Of a stretch of DNA of 64,000 nt, positions 56,267 through 64,000 are shown one piece after another. Source of the stretch: Alphaproteobacteria bacterium (lineage in GTDB: Bacteria > Pseudomonadota > Alphaproteobacteria > UBA828); contig CBDCCI010000002.1 in NCBI GenBank assembly GCA_965214705.1, forward strand, positions 128,001 through 192,000, in the 5' to 3' direction. The notes under the pieces were generated by a model, which saw only the letters and a list, made by a program, of their open reading frames with translations, did no database searches and was not told the DNA's origin. Positions within the stretch are counted from its first letter, which is position 1. Each line of letters starts with the position of its first letter. The translations under genes and the position numbers were made by a program.

Positions 56267-56659
56267 ATGCTGAAGCGGCACAACCCCGCCACCGTCGTCG
56301 AGGCCTATGGCGGCGGCTACAGCCAGGCGCTGGAGATCCCGGCGGGCGCCCGGCTCATGTTCACTGCAGGCCAGGTGGGCGTGGCGCCTGACGGCACGAC
56401 CGCGGACGGCTTCGCCGCACAGGCCGACCAGACCTGGGCCAACGTGCTCGCGCTGCTCGCCGAGGGCGGCATGGGCGTCGAGGATATCGTGAAGATCACC
56501 GGCTACATCGTGGGCGCGGAGAACTTCCCGGCCTACGCGGCGGCGCGGAAGAAGGCGCTCGGCGGCATCCGTCCGGCATCCACCGGGATCATCGTTCCGG
56601 CGCTGGCGCTCCCCGAATGGCTGGTCGAGATCGAGGCGGTGGCCGCGAAGGTGGACTGA
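56267..56659 (+). CDS. RidA/Rid-family protein
   Basis: YSQ, AGQVG, PAST, LVEIEAVA; GGAGG RBS. Confidence 0.88.
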   Translation: MLKRHNPATVVEAYGGGYSQALEIPAGARLMFTAGQVGVAPDGTTADGFAAQADQTWANVLALLAEGGMGVEDIVKITGYIVGAENFPAYAAARKKALGGIRPASTGIIVPALALPEWLVEIEAVAAKVD

Positions 56660-56701
56660 GCGGGCACGCCGCTCGGGGTAGGCTGCGGGAGGAGAGGGAC
56701 C

Positions 56702-57076
56702 ATGGTGACGCCATCCATGCAATTGATCGGCGAGGCGCTGGCCGAGGTCGCCAGCATCTCGGTGGACGAGGCGCTGGCGCTGGTTGACGGCGGCGATGCG
56801 GTCTTCGTCGACGTGCGCGAGCGGGCCGAGCACGATGCCGGCGCCATCGCCGGCGCCATGGCCGCGCCACGCGGCTTCCTGGAGTTCATCGCCGACCCCA
56901 CCTCGCCGATGCACAACGCGGCGCTCTCCTCCGGCAAGCGGCTGGTGATCTATTGCGCCTCCGGCGGGCGCTCGGCGCTCGCGGCCAAGACCTTGCAGGA
57001 CATGGGCTATTCGGGGGTCGCAAACCTCACCGGCGGCTTCCAGGCCTGGACCGAGGTCGGCGGCCCCACCGAATGA
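56702..57076 (+). CDS. Rhodanese-like domain protein
   Basis: VDVRE, PRGFLEF, YCASGGRS, GGFQAW. Confidence 0.9.
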   Translation: MVTPSMQLIGEALAEVASISVDEALALVDGGDAVFVDVRERAEHDAGAIAGAMAAPRGFLEFIADPTSPMHNAALSSGKRLVIYCASGGRSALAAKTLQDMGYSGVANLTGGFQAWTEVGGPTE

Positions 57077-58326
57077 CGGAAGGAGCGGCTGGCGGCATGT
57101 CGCCGCCGCTCGATACCGCCTTCGCCCGCGCGCACTTCCCGGCGCTCGCGGGCCCTTGGGCACTGTTCGAGAATGCGGGCGGCACCCTCGCCGCTGAGCA
57201 GGTGCTCGACCGCATCCGCACCTACATGGCCGAGTACCAGGTGCAGCCGGGCGCAGCCTACCCCGCGTCCGCCCGCGCTGCGGAGATGATCGCGGAAAGC
57301 CATCGGGCGATGGCCGCGATGATCAACGCCCAGCCCGAAGAGGTGATGATCGGGCCCTCCACCTCGATGAACGTCTTCCTCCTCGCCCAAGCGCTCAAGC
57401 CCGGTCTCAGCGAAGGCGACGAGATCGTCGTCACCAATCTCGACCACGAGGCGAACGTCGGCGCCTGGCGCAAGCTCTCAGGCGAAGGCATCACGGTGCG
57501 CGAGTGGCGCTTCGATCAGGAGAGCTTCGCGCTGGAGCCGGAAGGACTGGCGGCGCTGCTGAACGCGCGCACGCGCCTTGTTTGCTTCGGCCACTGCTCC
57601 AACATCACCGGCGGCTTCACCGACGTGCCGGCACTGGTGCGCACGATCCACGACGCCGGCGCGCTGGCTTGCGTGGACGGCGTCGCCTATGCGCCGCACC
57701 GCGCCATCGACGTGAAGGCGTGGCATGTCGATTTCTACCTGTGCTCCACCTACAAGCTCTACGGACCGCACCTCGCGCTGCTCTACGGCAAGCGCGCGCA
57801 CTTCGAACGCGTGGCGCCGCTCAACCACTTCTTCCTCGACGACGAGCTGCCGCTGAAGTTGAATCCTGGCGGCCCCAACCACGAGCTGAGCGCGGGCCTC
57901 GCCGGCGTCACCGCCTATCTCGACGCGCTCCACGCGCATCACGAGGGGGAGAGCAACCTGCCGCTCCACGGCCGCCTTGCCGCCATCTTCGAGCGTGTCG
58001 CGGCGCACGAGGAGGCGCTGGTTGCGCCGCTGCTGGACTTCCTCGCAGCGAAGCCCGGCGTTCGCCTGATCGGCAACCCGACCGCCGACCGCCACGTGCG
58101 CGCGCCCACGGTCGCCTTCGCGGTGGAGGGCCAGGACGCCGGCACTATCGCGCGCGCGGTCGCCTCGCACCAGGTGGCCATCGGCGCAGGCGACTTCTAT
58201 GCCGCCCGCTGCATCGAGGCTTTGGGCTTGGCAACCCAAGGCGGCGTGGTCCGCGCCAGCATGGTCCACTACAACACGGCGGACGAAGTCCAACGCCTGA
58301 TCCGCGCCCTCGACGAAGTGATTTAG
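57073..58326 (+). CDS. Class V PLP aminotransferase / cysteine desulfurase-like protein
   Basis: ENAGG, DHEANV, DGVAYAPH, STYKLYGPH, RASMVHYN. Confidence 0.88.
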   Translation: MTEGAAGGMSPPLDTAFARAHFPALAGPWALFENAGGTLAAEQVLDRIRTYMAEYQVQPGAAYPASARAAEMIAESHRAMAAMINAQPEEVMIGPSTSMNVFLLAQALKPGLSEGDEIVVTNLDHEANVGAWRKLSGEGITVREWRFDQESFALEPEGLAALLNARTRLVCFGHCSNITGGFTDVPALVRTIHDAGALACVDGVAYAPHRAIDVKAWHVDFYLCSTYKLYGPHLALLYGKRAHFERVAPLNHFFLDDELPLKLNPGGPNHELSAGLAGVTAYLDALHAHHEGESNLPLHGRLAAIFERVAAHEEALVAPLLDFLAAKPGVRLIGNPTADRHVRAPTVAFAVEGQDAGTIARAVASHQVAIGAGDFYAARCIEALGLATQGGVVRASMVHYNTADEVQRLIRALDEVI

Positions 58327-58341
58327 GCGGCGGCCGCCCTT

Positions 58342-58974
58342 TTAGAGCCTGCGCGCCTGGGCGATGGGGAGCGCGGAGATCCGGGCGTACTCGCCGGCCG
58401 CGAAAAACGCCGGATCGTTCAGGTAATCCAGCACCAGATCGGTGGTATCGAGACCCCAGAATATCTCGTCGCCGATGGCGAACGTGGGGATGCCGAAGAC
58501 CCCCCGTTCTGCGGCTTCCTCGGTGCCCCGTCTCAGCGCCTCCTTGACTTGCGGTGCCGCGATCATCTCGTCAGCGTCCGCGATGCCGAGACGCCCGGTC
58601 AGCGCCCGCCACTCCTCGTCGTCAGAGGGATCGCGCCCCTCGGCCCATATGGCGTCGAAGACCGCGCGTATCAGCTGAGGCTCGGCGCCCTGGGCGACGG
58701 CAAGGCGGAGCGGGCGCAGCGGGTTGAAGGGGTGCGCCGGTGGCATGCGGAAGGGGATGCCATGCCGCGCCGCGTACCAGTGGCACCAGCGGTAGGTCTG
58801 CACCCGCTTGGCCGGGATCTCCGCGGGCCCCTTGTGCTGCCAATGGCCTAGCAGACCTGCGAACAGGACCGGCCGGTAGGCCACCTCCAGATCCGGCGGC
58901 AGCCGGTTGAACTGGGCGAGTTGCAGATAGGAAAAGGGAGAGAGAAAATCGAAGTACCAGTCAGCGGCCGGCAT
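58342..58974 (-). CDS. 2-hydroxychromene-2-carboxylate isomerase / DsbA-family (GST kappa-like)
   Basis: FDFLSPFSY, HPFNPL, GVFGIPTF, FWG.D. Confidence 0.88.
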   Translation of the reverse strand: MPAADWYFDFLSPFSYLQLAQFNRLPPDLEVAYRPVLFAGLLGHWQHKGPAEIPAKRVQTYRWCHWYAARHGIPFRMPPAHPFNPLRPLRLAVAQGAEPQLIRAVFDAIWAEGRDPSDDEEWRALTGRLGIADADEMIAAPQVKEALRRGTEEAAERGVFGIPTFAIGDEIFWGLDTTDLVLDYLNDPAFFAAGEYARISALPIAQARRL

Positions 58975-59084
58975 CGGCCCGTCCTTTGCGCTCAGGGTCA
59001 GTGGTTGCCGGCCGATTGTGCCCGGTTTGGCCCGGCCGAGCGAGGGAGAGCGGGAGCCTGGCGAGTGGAAATGGCGGAGGGACC

Positions 59085-59819
59085 ATGAGCGAGACGGAGC
59101 GCGAGGCGCGGATCGACCTGGCGGCGGCCTACCGGATCGCCTGCCACCACGGGCTCAACGAGGGCGTCTGCAACCACTTCTCCCTGATGCTGCCGGGGAG
59201 CGACGACCGCTTTCTGCTGATCTCCTACGGCACTCATTGGAGCGAGGTGCGCGCCAGCACGCTGCTGGTCGTCGACATGGACGGCAACGTGCTCGAGGGC
59301 GAGGGCGACGTGGAGGAGACCGCCGTCTGCCTTCACGCCCCCCTCCACAAGGCGCGGCCGGACCTGCGCTGCCTGATGCACACCCATCAACCCCAGGTGC
59401 TGGCGCTGGCCATGATCGAGGACGGCAAGCTGGAGTCCGCGAGCCAGAACGCGCTCCGCTTCAGCCGCCGCGTCGCCTACGACCGGGATTACGGTGGCGT
59501 CGCCCTGGCCGAGAGCGAAGGCGAGCGCGTGGCGCGCGCGATGGACGGCGCCGACATCCTCTTCATGGGTAATCACGGCGTGATGGTGGGGGGCGGCGAC
59601 GTCGCCAAGACCTACGACGACCTCTATTACCTGGAGCGTGCGGCGATGGTGCAGATCCTCGCCATGAGCACCGGCCGCCCGCTCAAGCCGATCCCGCCCG
59701 AGATGGAGGAGGAAGCCGTGCGCCAGTTGTCGCGGGACAACCGGCACCGCTACGCGGTCGAGCACTTCACGGCGATCAAGCGGATTCTCGACCGCACCGA
59801 GCCCGACTACAGGGAGTAG
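59085..59819 (+). CDS. Class II aldolase/adducin-family protein
   Basis: DLAAAYR, NHFS, MHTHQ, NHGV, YYLERA. Confidence 0.9.
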   Translation: MSETEREARIDLAAAYRIACHHGLNEGVCNHFSLMLPGSDDRFLLISYGTHWSEVRASTLLVVDMDGNVLEGEGDVEETAVCLHAPLHKARPDLRCLMHTHQPQVLALAMIEDGKLESASQNALRFSRRVAYDRDYGGVALAESEGERVARAMDGADILFMGNHGVMVGGGDVAKTYDDLYYLERAAMVQILAMSTGRPLKPIPPEMEEEAVRQLSRDNRHRYAVEHFTAIKRILDRTEPDYRE

Positions 59820-59833
59820 GCGCGGGCGGCACA

Positions 59834-59943
59834 CCCCCACCTCACCCCGGCCCTCTCCTCCCCAGCGGGGAGGAGAGGGAGAGTAGGCGGCGCAACCTAC
59901 GTTCCCCCTCCGCCTTCGGGGGAGGGGGACAGGGGGAGGTGGG
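59834..59943. repeat. REP-like composite palindrome (CCCTCTCC..GGAGAGGG type) between convergent genes
   Basis: CCCACCTCACCCC...CCCTCTCCTCCCC-AGC-GGGGAGGAGAGGG...CCCCCTCC-GCCTTCG-GGGAGGGGG...GGGGGAGGTGGG. Confidence 0.75.
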
Positions 59944-59960
59944 CTACTCTACCGCCCGTA

Positions 59961-61397
59961 TCAGAGCGGCGGGCGGCGGTGTGCCCAGGGCCGCGCGCGC
60001 TCGTAGTCCGCGGCGGCGCAGAACACCGAGACGTCGTCGTAGGTGCGGCCAACGAGCTGAATTCCGGTTGGCACCCCGTTTGACGCGAAGCCGCTCGGCA
60101 CGCTCGCCACCGGGCACTCCGACATCAGGTTGAACGGGTAGTTGAGCTGCCACTGCACGTAGAGGTCGCCGGGGTGGTTGGAGGTGGTGACCGGCTTGCC
60201 GTTGATGCGGAGCGAGGTGTCGCTCAGGTCCTGATCCGCCCGAAGCGCCGGGATCGCGTTGGTCGGGCAGACCAGGATGTCGTGGGTCTCGAAGATCGCC
60301 GCGAGCGAGCGGTACATGTCGCCGCGCACCTTGTTGGTGCGGTAGAAGTGCGCGAGGCTGTGCTGCGAGCCCCGCTCCAGGATGTCGCGCACGAAGCTCT
60401 CGACTTCGTACTTCCAGCGCGGAAAGTCGGGCTCCACCGTGGCCCAGAACAGCCCCTCCCAGATCACGGTCCAGGCGTCGAGCGTGCTCAGGTTCCAGCC
60501 GACGTCCACCTCTTCGACAGTGCAGCCGAGGTCGCGGAAGGTGTGGAGCGCGTCGCCCGTGTTCTTCCGCACCTCCTCGTCCACCTCGATGAAGCCGAGG
60601 TCCATGGAGTACGCGATCTTCCACCCCTTGATCGGCTCCAGCGTTTCCGGGATCTCCAGCTTGGGGCGAAGCGAGCAGATGTCGTCCGGGTGAGGGCCAG
60701 CCGTCACGTTTTGCATCAGCGCGCCGTCTGCAACGCTGCGGGTCAGCGGGCCGTAGTGCAGCAGGGATTCGCGCGGGTGGTCTCGGTCGGTCGGGTTGCG
60801 GCCGAACGGCGGCTTGAAGCCGAAGATTCCGCACGCGCCGGCGGGGATGCGGATCGAGCCGCCGCCGTCGGTGCCGTCAGCCAGCGTGGTCATGCCGGTC
60901 GCGATGGCGGCGCCGGCGCCGCCCGAGGAGCCGCCGGGCGCGAAATCCAGGTTCCATGGGTTGCGCGTGATGCCCCAGAGCTCGCTGTGCGTGTGCGGCG
61001 CGTGGGCCATCTCGGGCGTGGTGGTCCGCGCGTGCATGATCGCGCCCGCATCGAGCAGGCGCTCCACCGTCGGCGCCGAGAACTCGGGCACATGGTCGGC
61101 GAAGATGCGCGAGCCGAAGGTGGTGATCTCGCCCTTGAGCGCGTGGAAGTCCTTGATGACCACCGGTACCCCTTCCAGCGGCCGGGTCTCGGCGCCGGCG
61201 GCATAGGCTTGCTCGGCCGCCCGCGCCTGCTCCAGCGCGCGCTCGTAGAAGGTGTAAGTGTAGGCGTTGACCTTGGGGTTCACCGCCTCGGAACGCGCGA
61301 TGACGGTGGACATCAGCTCGACCGGCGAGAGCGTCTTCGCCCGGAACCGCTCGATCGCCTCGGTTGCGGTCAAGTAGCAGAGATCGTCGGTCGCCAT
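59961..61397 (-). CDS. Amidase-signature family enzyme
   Basis: IKD, GGSSGG, GTDGGGSIRIP. Confidence 0.93.
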   Translation of the reverse strand: MATDDLCYLTATEAIERFRAKTLSPVELMSTVIARSEAVNPKVNAYTYTFYERALEQARAAEQAYAAGAETRPLEGVPVVIKDFHALKGEITTFGSRIFADHVPEFSAPTVERLLDAGAIMHARTTTPEMAHAPHTHSELWGITRNPWNLDFAPGGSSGGAGAAIATGMTTLADGTDGGGSIRIPAGACGIFGFKPPFGRNPTDRDHPRESLLHYGPLTRSVADGALMQNVTAGPHPDDICSLRPKLEIPETLEPIKGWKIAYSMDLGFIEVDEEVRKNTGDALHTFRDLGCTVEEVDVGWNLSTLDAWTVIWEGLFWATVEPDFPRWKYEVESFVRDILERGSQHSLAHFYRTNKVRGDMYRSLAAIFETHDILVCPTNAIPALRADQDLSDTSLRINGKPVTTSNHPGDLYVQWQLNYPFNLMSECPVASVPSGFASNGVPTGIQLVGRTYDDVSVFCAAADYERARPWAHRRPPL

Positions 61398-61555
61398 CGC
61401 AGCCTCCCGCTGTCGGTTGTTCGTGTCGACGCGTCGAGCATAGCCGCAAGAGCACCCAGTCGAAGACCCATTTGTGAACCACTCGACCCGGCGGTTGCGC
61501 CGGCGGCCGATCCGCGCGAGCCTGCGGTGAGCTACGGTCCTCGGGAGGCAATGTC

Positions 61556-62218
61556 ATGGCGGCGAAACGTGTGGTGTTGACCGGCTACGAGCCCTGGTCT
61601 CACGCGAGCGAGAACCCCACCCTCGACCTGCTCGACAAGGCGCGCGAGCGCAACTTCGCCGACATCGAGCTGATCACGCTCCGCGTGCCGGTGGAGAGCG
61701 AACGCATCGCGCCCTTGGTGGACGAGGCCCTGGAGACCCATAAGCCCGACATATGGATCAGCCTCGGGCTCTTCCCCGGCAGCCCGGTCGTCGCGGTCGA
61801 GCGCACCGCCGCCAACGTCATGGACTTCCCGGTGCCCGACAATCTCGACGTCCAGCCGGTGGATGAGCCCGTGTACGCGGACGGCCCCTTCGCCTATCGG
61901 TCCACGCTGCCGATCAAGGCCATGGTGGCGGCGATGAACGAGCGCGGGGTCCCGGCCAAGGTCTCGAACACCGCGTCCACCTATCTCTGCAACCAGATCA
62001 TGTATACCGCGCTCCACCTCGTGCAGGAGAAGAGGCTGGAGACACGCGCGGGCTTCGTGCACGTGCCGTGCTCGCCGGGCTACGTCGCGCAGGCCGCCTA
62101 CCCCGAGCACGAGTGGCCGTCGATGAGCCTCGATCTCATGGACGAGGCGGTCGATGCGGCCATCACCACGGCCGCGAGCCTGGACGCCGATATCGCTGCA
62201 CCGCCCAAGGGGTATTAG
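61556..62218 (+). CDS. pcp: Pyroglutamyl-peptidase I
   Basis: LTGYEPW, VER.A.N, A.TYLCN, GFVHVP. Confidence 0.88.
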   Translation: MAAKRVVLTGYEPWSHASENPTLDLLDKARERNFADIELITLRVPVESERIAPLVDEALETHKPDIWISLGLFPGSPVVAVERTAANVMDFPVPDNLDVQPVDEPVYADGPFAYRSTLPIKAMVAAMNERGVPAKVSNTASTYLCNQIMYTALHLVQEKRLETRAGFVHVPCSPGYVAQAAYPEHEWPSMSLDLMDEAVDAAITTAASLDADIAAPPKGY

Positions 62219-62910
62219 GGCGAGCCCGTCTCCCTGCCTCGGTAGCCGGTGGCGAGCACGTAGCTCTCAGCGGAATCGGTACGGCTCGCGGGCGGCTTGG
62301 CGTTGCGCACCCGCGCGAAGACCTGACGCAGCCGGATCTGCAGCGCGCCGTCGCCGCCCTGGCGCAGCTTGGCGAGGAAGCATCCGCCCGGCGCGAGCAG
62401 CGGCTCCGCGATATCCAGCGCGGTCTCGCAGAGTGCCGAAACCCGCAGCCGGTCGGTCGAAGCGTGGCCGGTGGTCGGCGCCGCCATGTCGCTCATCACC
62501 AGATCCGCCGGGCCGCCGAGCGCGGCGCGGATCGCCTCGGGCGCGTCCGCGCCACAGGCATCGATCGTGAGCACGGCGACGCCGTCGATCGGCTCGATCT
62601 CGGTGGTATCGACCGCGACCACGCGGCCGCGCTTGCCGACCCGCTCGGCCGCCACTTGGCTCCAGCCGCCGGGTGCGGCGCCGAGATCGACCACCCGCTG
62701 CCCCGGCTTCAGGATGTCCGCGCTCTCGGCAAGGCCGATCAACTTGTAAGCGGCGCGGGAGCGGTAGCCGGCCTCCCGCGCAGCGCGGACGTAGGGGTCG
62801 TTGAGCTGGCGTTCGAGCCAGCGGGTCGACGATGCCTTGCGCCGCCGAGCGCGCTTGAGCTTGACCGGCGCACGGCGCTTCCGGGGGCCGCTCTCGCCGC
62901 GCGCGGTCAC
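62215..62910 (-). CDS. rlmE: 23S rRNA 2'-O-methyltransferase RlmE
   Basis: WLERQLNDPY, YRSRAAYKL, DLGAAPGGW, KPPASR..S.E.Y. Confidence 0.95.
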   Translation of the reverse strand: MTARGESGPRKRRAPVKLKRARRRKASSTRWLERQLNDPYVRAAREAGYRSRAAYKLIGLAESADILKPGQRVVDLGAAPGGWSQVAAERVGKRGRVVAVDTTEIEPIDGVAVLTIDACGADAPEAIRAALGGPADLVMSDMAAPTTGHASTDRLRVSALCETALDIAEPLLAPGGCFLAKLRQGGDGALQIRLRQVFARVRNAKPPASRTDSAESYVLATGYRGRETGSP

Positions 62911-63902
62911 GAGTGCGCGCGCTCCCGGTGCTCGGCGCGGGCCGCCCGCATCATGCGCAGCAGCATCCCCTCGCGCAGCCCCCGGTCGGCGACATCCAAT
63001 TGCCCCGCCGGGCAGGCGGCCATCACCGCATCCAGGATGGCGCAGCCTGCGATCATCACGTCGCCCCGTCCGGGGCCGATGCAGGGCTGCGCCGCGCGGG
63101 CCTCGTAGTCCTGTTCGATGACCGTGTCGATCACCGCCCGCACGTCGTCGAATTGCAGCCTGAGTCCGTCCACCCGGTCCCGGTCGTAGCGCGGGAGCCC
63201 GAGGTGAATGCCGGCGATGGTGGTGACAGTGCCCGACGTACCGAGGAGCTGGACCGTGCCGTCGGCGGCACCCGCAGGGATACAGTGAGTCTCAGCGAAG
63301 GGGCCGATCGCGGTCTCGATCTCGCCGACCATGGCGGCGTAGGACGCGCGGGCGACCCGGTCGCCGCCGTAACGTTCGGCAAGCGTCACCACCCCGTGGC
63401 CGATCGAGGTCCACGCCGCCAGCACCGGCGGCTCGCCGTCATCCAGGCGCACCCAGATGAGCTCGGTGCTGCCGCCGCCGATGTCGAGCAGCAGCACGTG
63501 CCGCATCGTCCGGTCGAACAGAGGCGTGCAGCCGTCGAGGGCTAGTTGGACTTCCTCGGCCGGCGAGATGATCTCCATGGAGAGCCCGGTCTCGTCGCTG
63601 ACGCGGTCGATGAACGCCTGGCGATTCTCGGCGCGCCGGCAGGCCTCGGTCGCCACCGCCCAGTAGCGCTCGACACCGCCCCGCCGGAGCTTGCCGGCGC
63701 AGACCCGGAGCGCGCCGATGGTCCGCCCGATCGCCTGCTCCGAGAGCCGGCCCGATTGCGCCACGCCTTCGCCGAGCCGCACGATCCGGGAGAAGGCGTC
63801 GACGACGCGGAAGCCCGCGCCTCTCGGCCGCGCGACGAGGAGCCGGCAGTTGTTCGTGCCGAGGTCGAGCGCGCCGAATGAAGGGCCGGGCCGATCGCTC
63901 AC
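62907..63902 (-). CDS. ppx: Ppx/GppA phosphatase family protein
   Basis: LDLGTNNCRL, ATEACR, DIGGGSTE, DRGLREG. Confidence 0.9.
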   Translation of the reverse strand: MSDRPGPSFGALDLGTNNCRLLVARPRGAGFRVVDAFSRIVRLGEGVAQSGRLSEQAIGRTIGALRVCAGKLRRGGVERYWAVATEACRRAENRQAFIDRVSDETGLSMEIISPAEEVQLALDGCTPLFDRTMRHVLLLDIGGGSTELIWVRLDDGEPPVLAAWTSIGHGVVTLAERYGGDRVARASYAAMVGEIETAIGPFAETHCIPAGAADGTVQLLGTSGTVTTIAGIHLGLPRYDRDRVDGLRLQFDDVRAVIDTVIEQDYEARAAQPCIGPGRGDVMIAGCAILDAVMAACPAGQLDVADRGLREGMLLRMMRAARAEHRERAHS

Positions 63903-64000
63903 TGTGCTTGCTCCGATTGCCGGGGCGCCCGCTGCCCGACGCCGGCTTGGACGCCATTACAGCGCGTGCGCCCGCGACTGGCAACGCGCGGAGGCCGTCG

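Overview
High-GC window from an alphaproteobacterium, probably Rhodospirillales-like (inferred from gene content and order). Left end (1-4.5 kb): a nest of mobile elements. An IS91-like Y2 transposase plus tyrosine recombinase sits inside the second of two tandem arm-type integrases, and this element appears to cut the 5' end of a gene just downstream of phoB. Next come a pho/pst operon lacking pstS (with Pho boxes) and mutS. A catabolic region (14-46 kb) carries a CoxMSL-like Mo-hydroxylase, two hydantoinase/oxoprolinase AB pairs, LLM oxidoreductases, doeA, an acyl-CoA ligase, SDRs and arsR-arsP, interleaved with three toxin-antitoxin loci. The right part is mostly housekeeping: alkA, fieF, fabI, aroC, rpoH, rluD, ltaE, pcp, rlmE, ppx. 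The most unusual signals are: (i) two integrase-free cargo islets, each flanked by a largely synonymously diverged duplicate of the 3' end of the host gene; (ii) a DUF3800 gene with a candidate promoter-driven antisense hairpin RNA at its 3' end; (iii) a 149-bp IS5-type MITE inserted in frame in a serine hydrolase; (iv) a 26-bp tandem repeat forming a relay of GTGA-coupled mini-ORFs; (v) MraZ-box-like repeats with no mraZ nearby. No tRNA, rRNA or CRISPR array was seen. All calls come from reading motifs by eye; no database searches were run.
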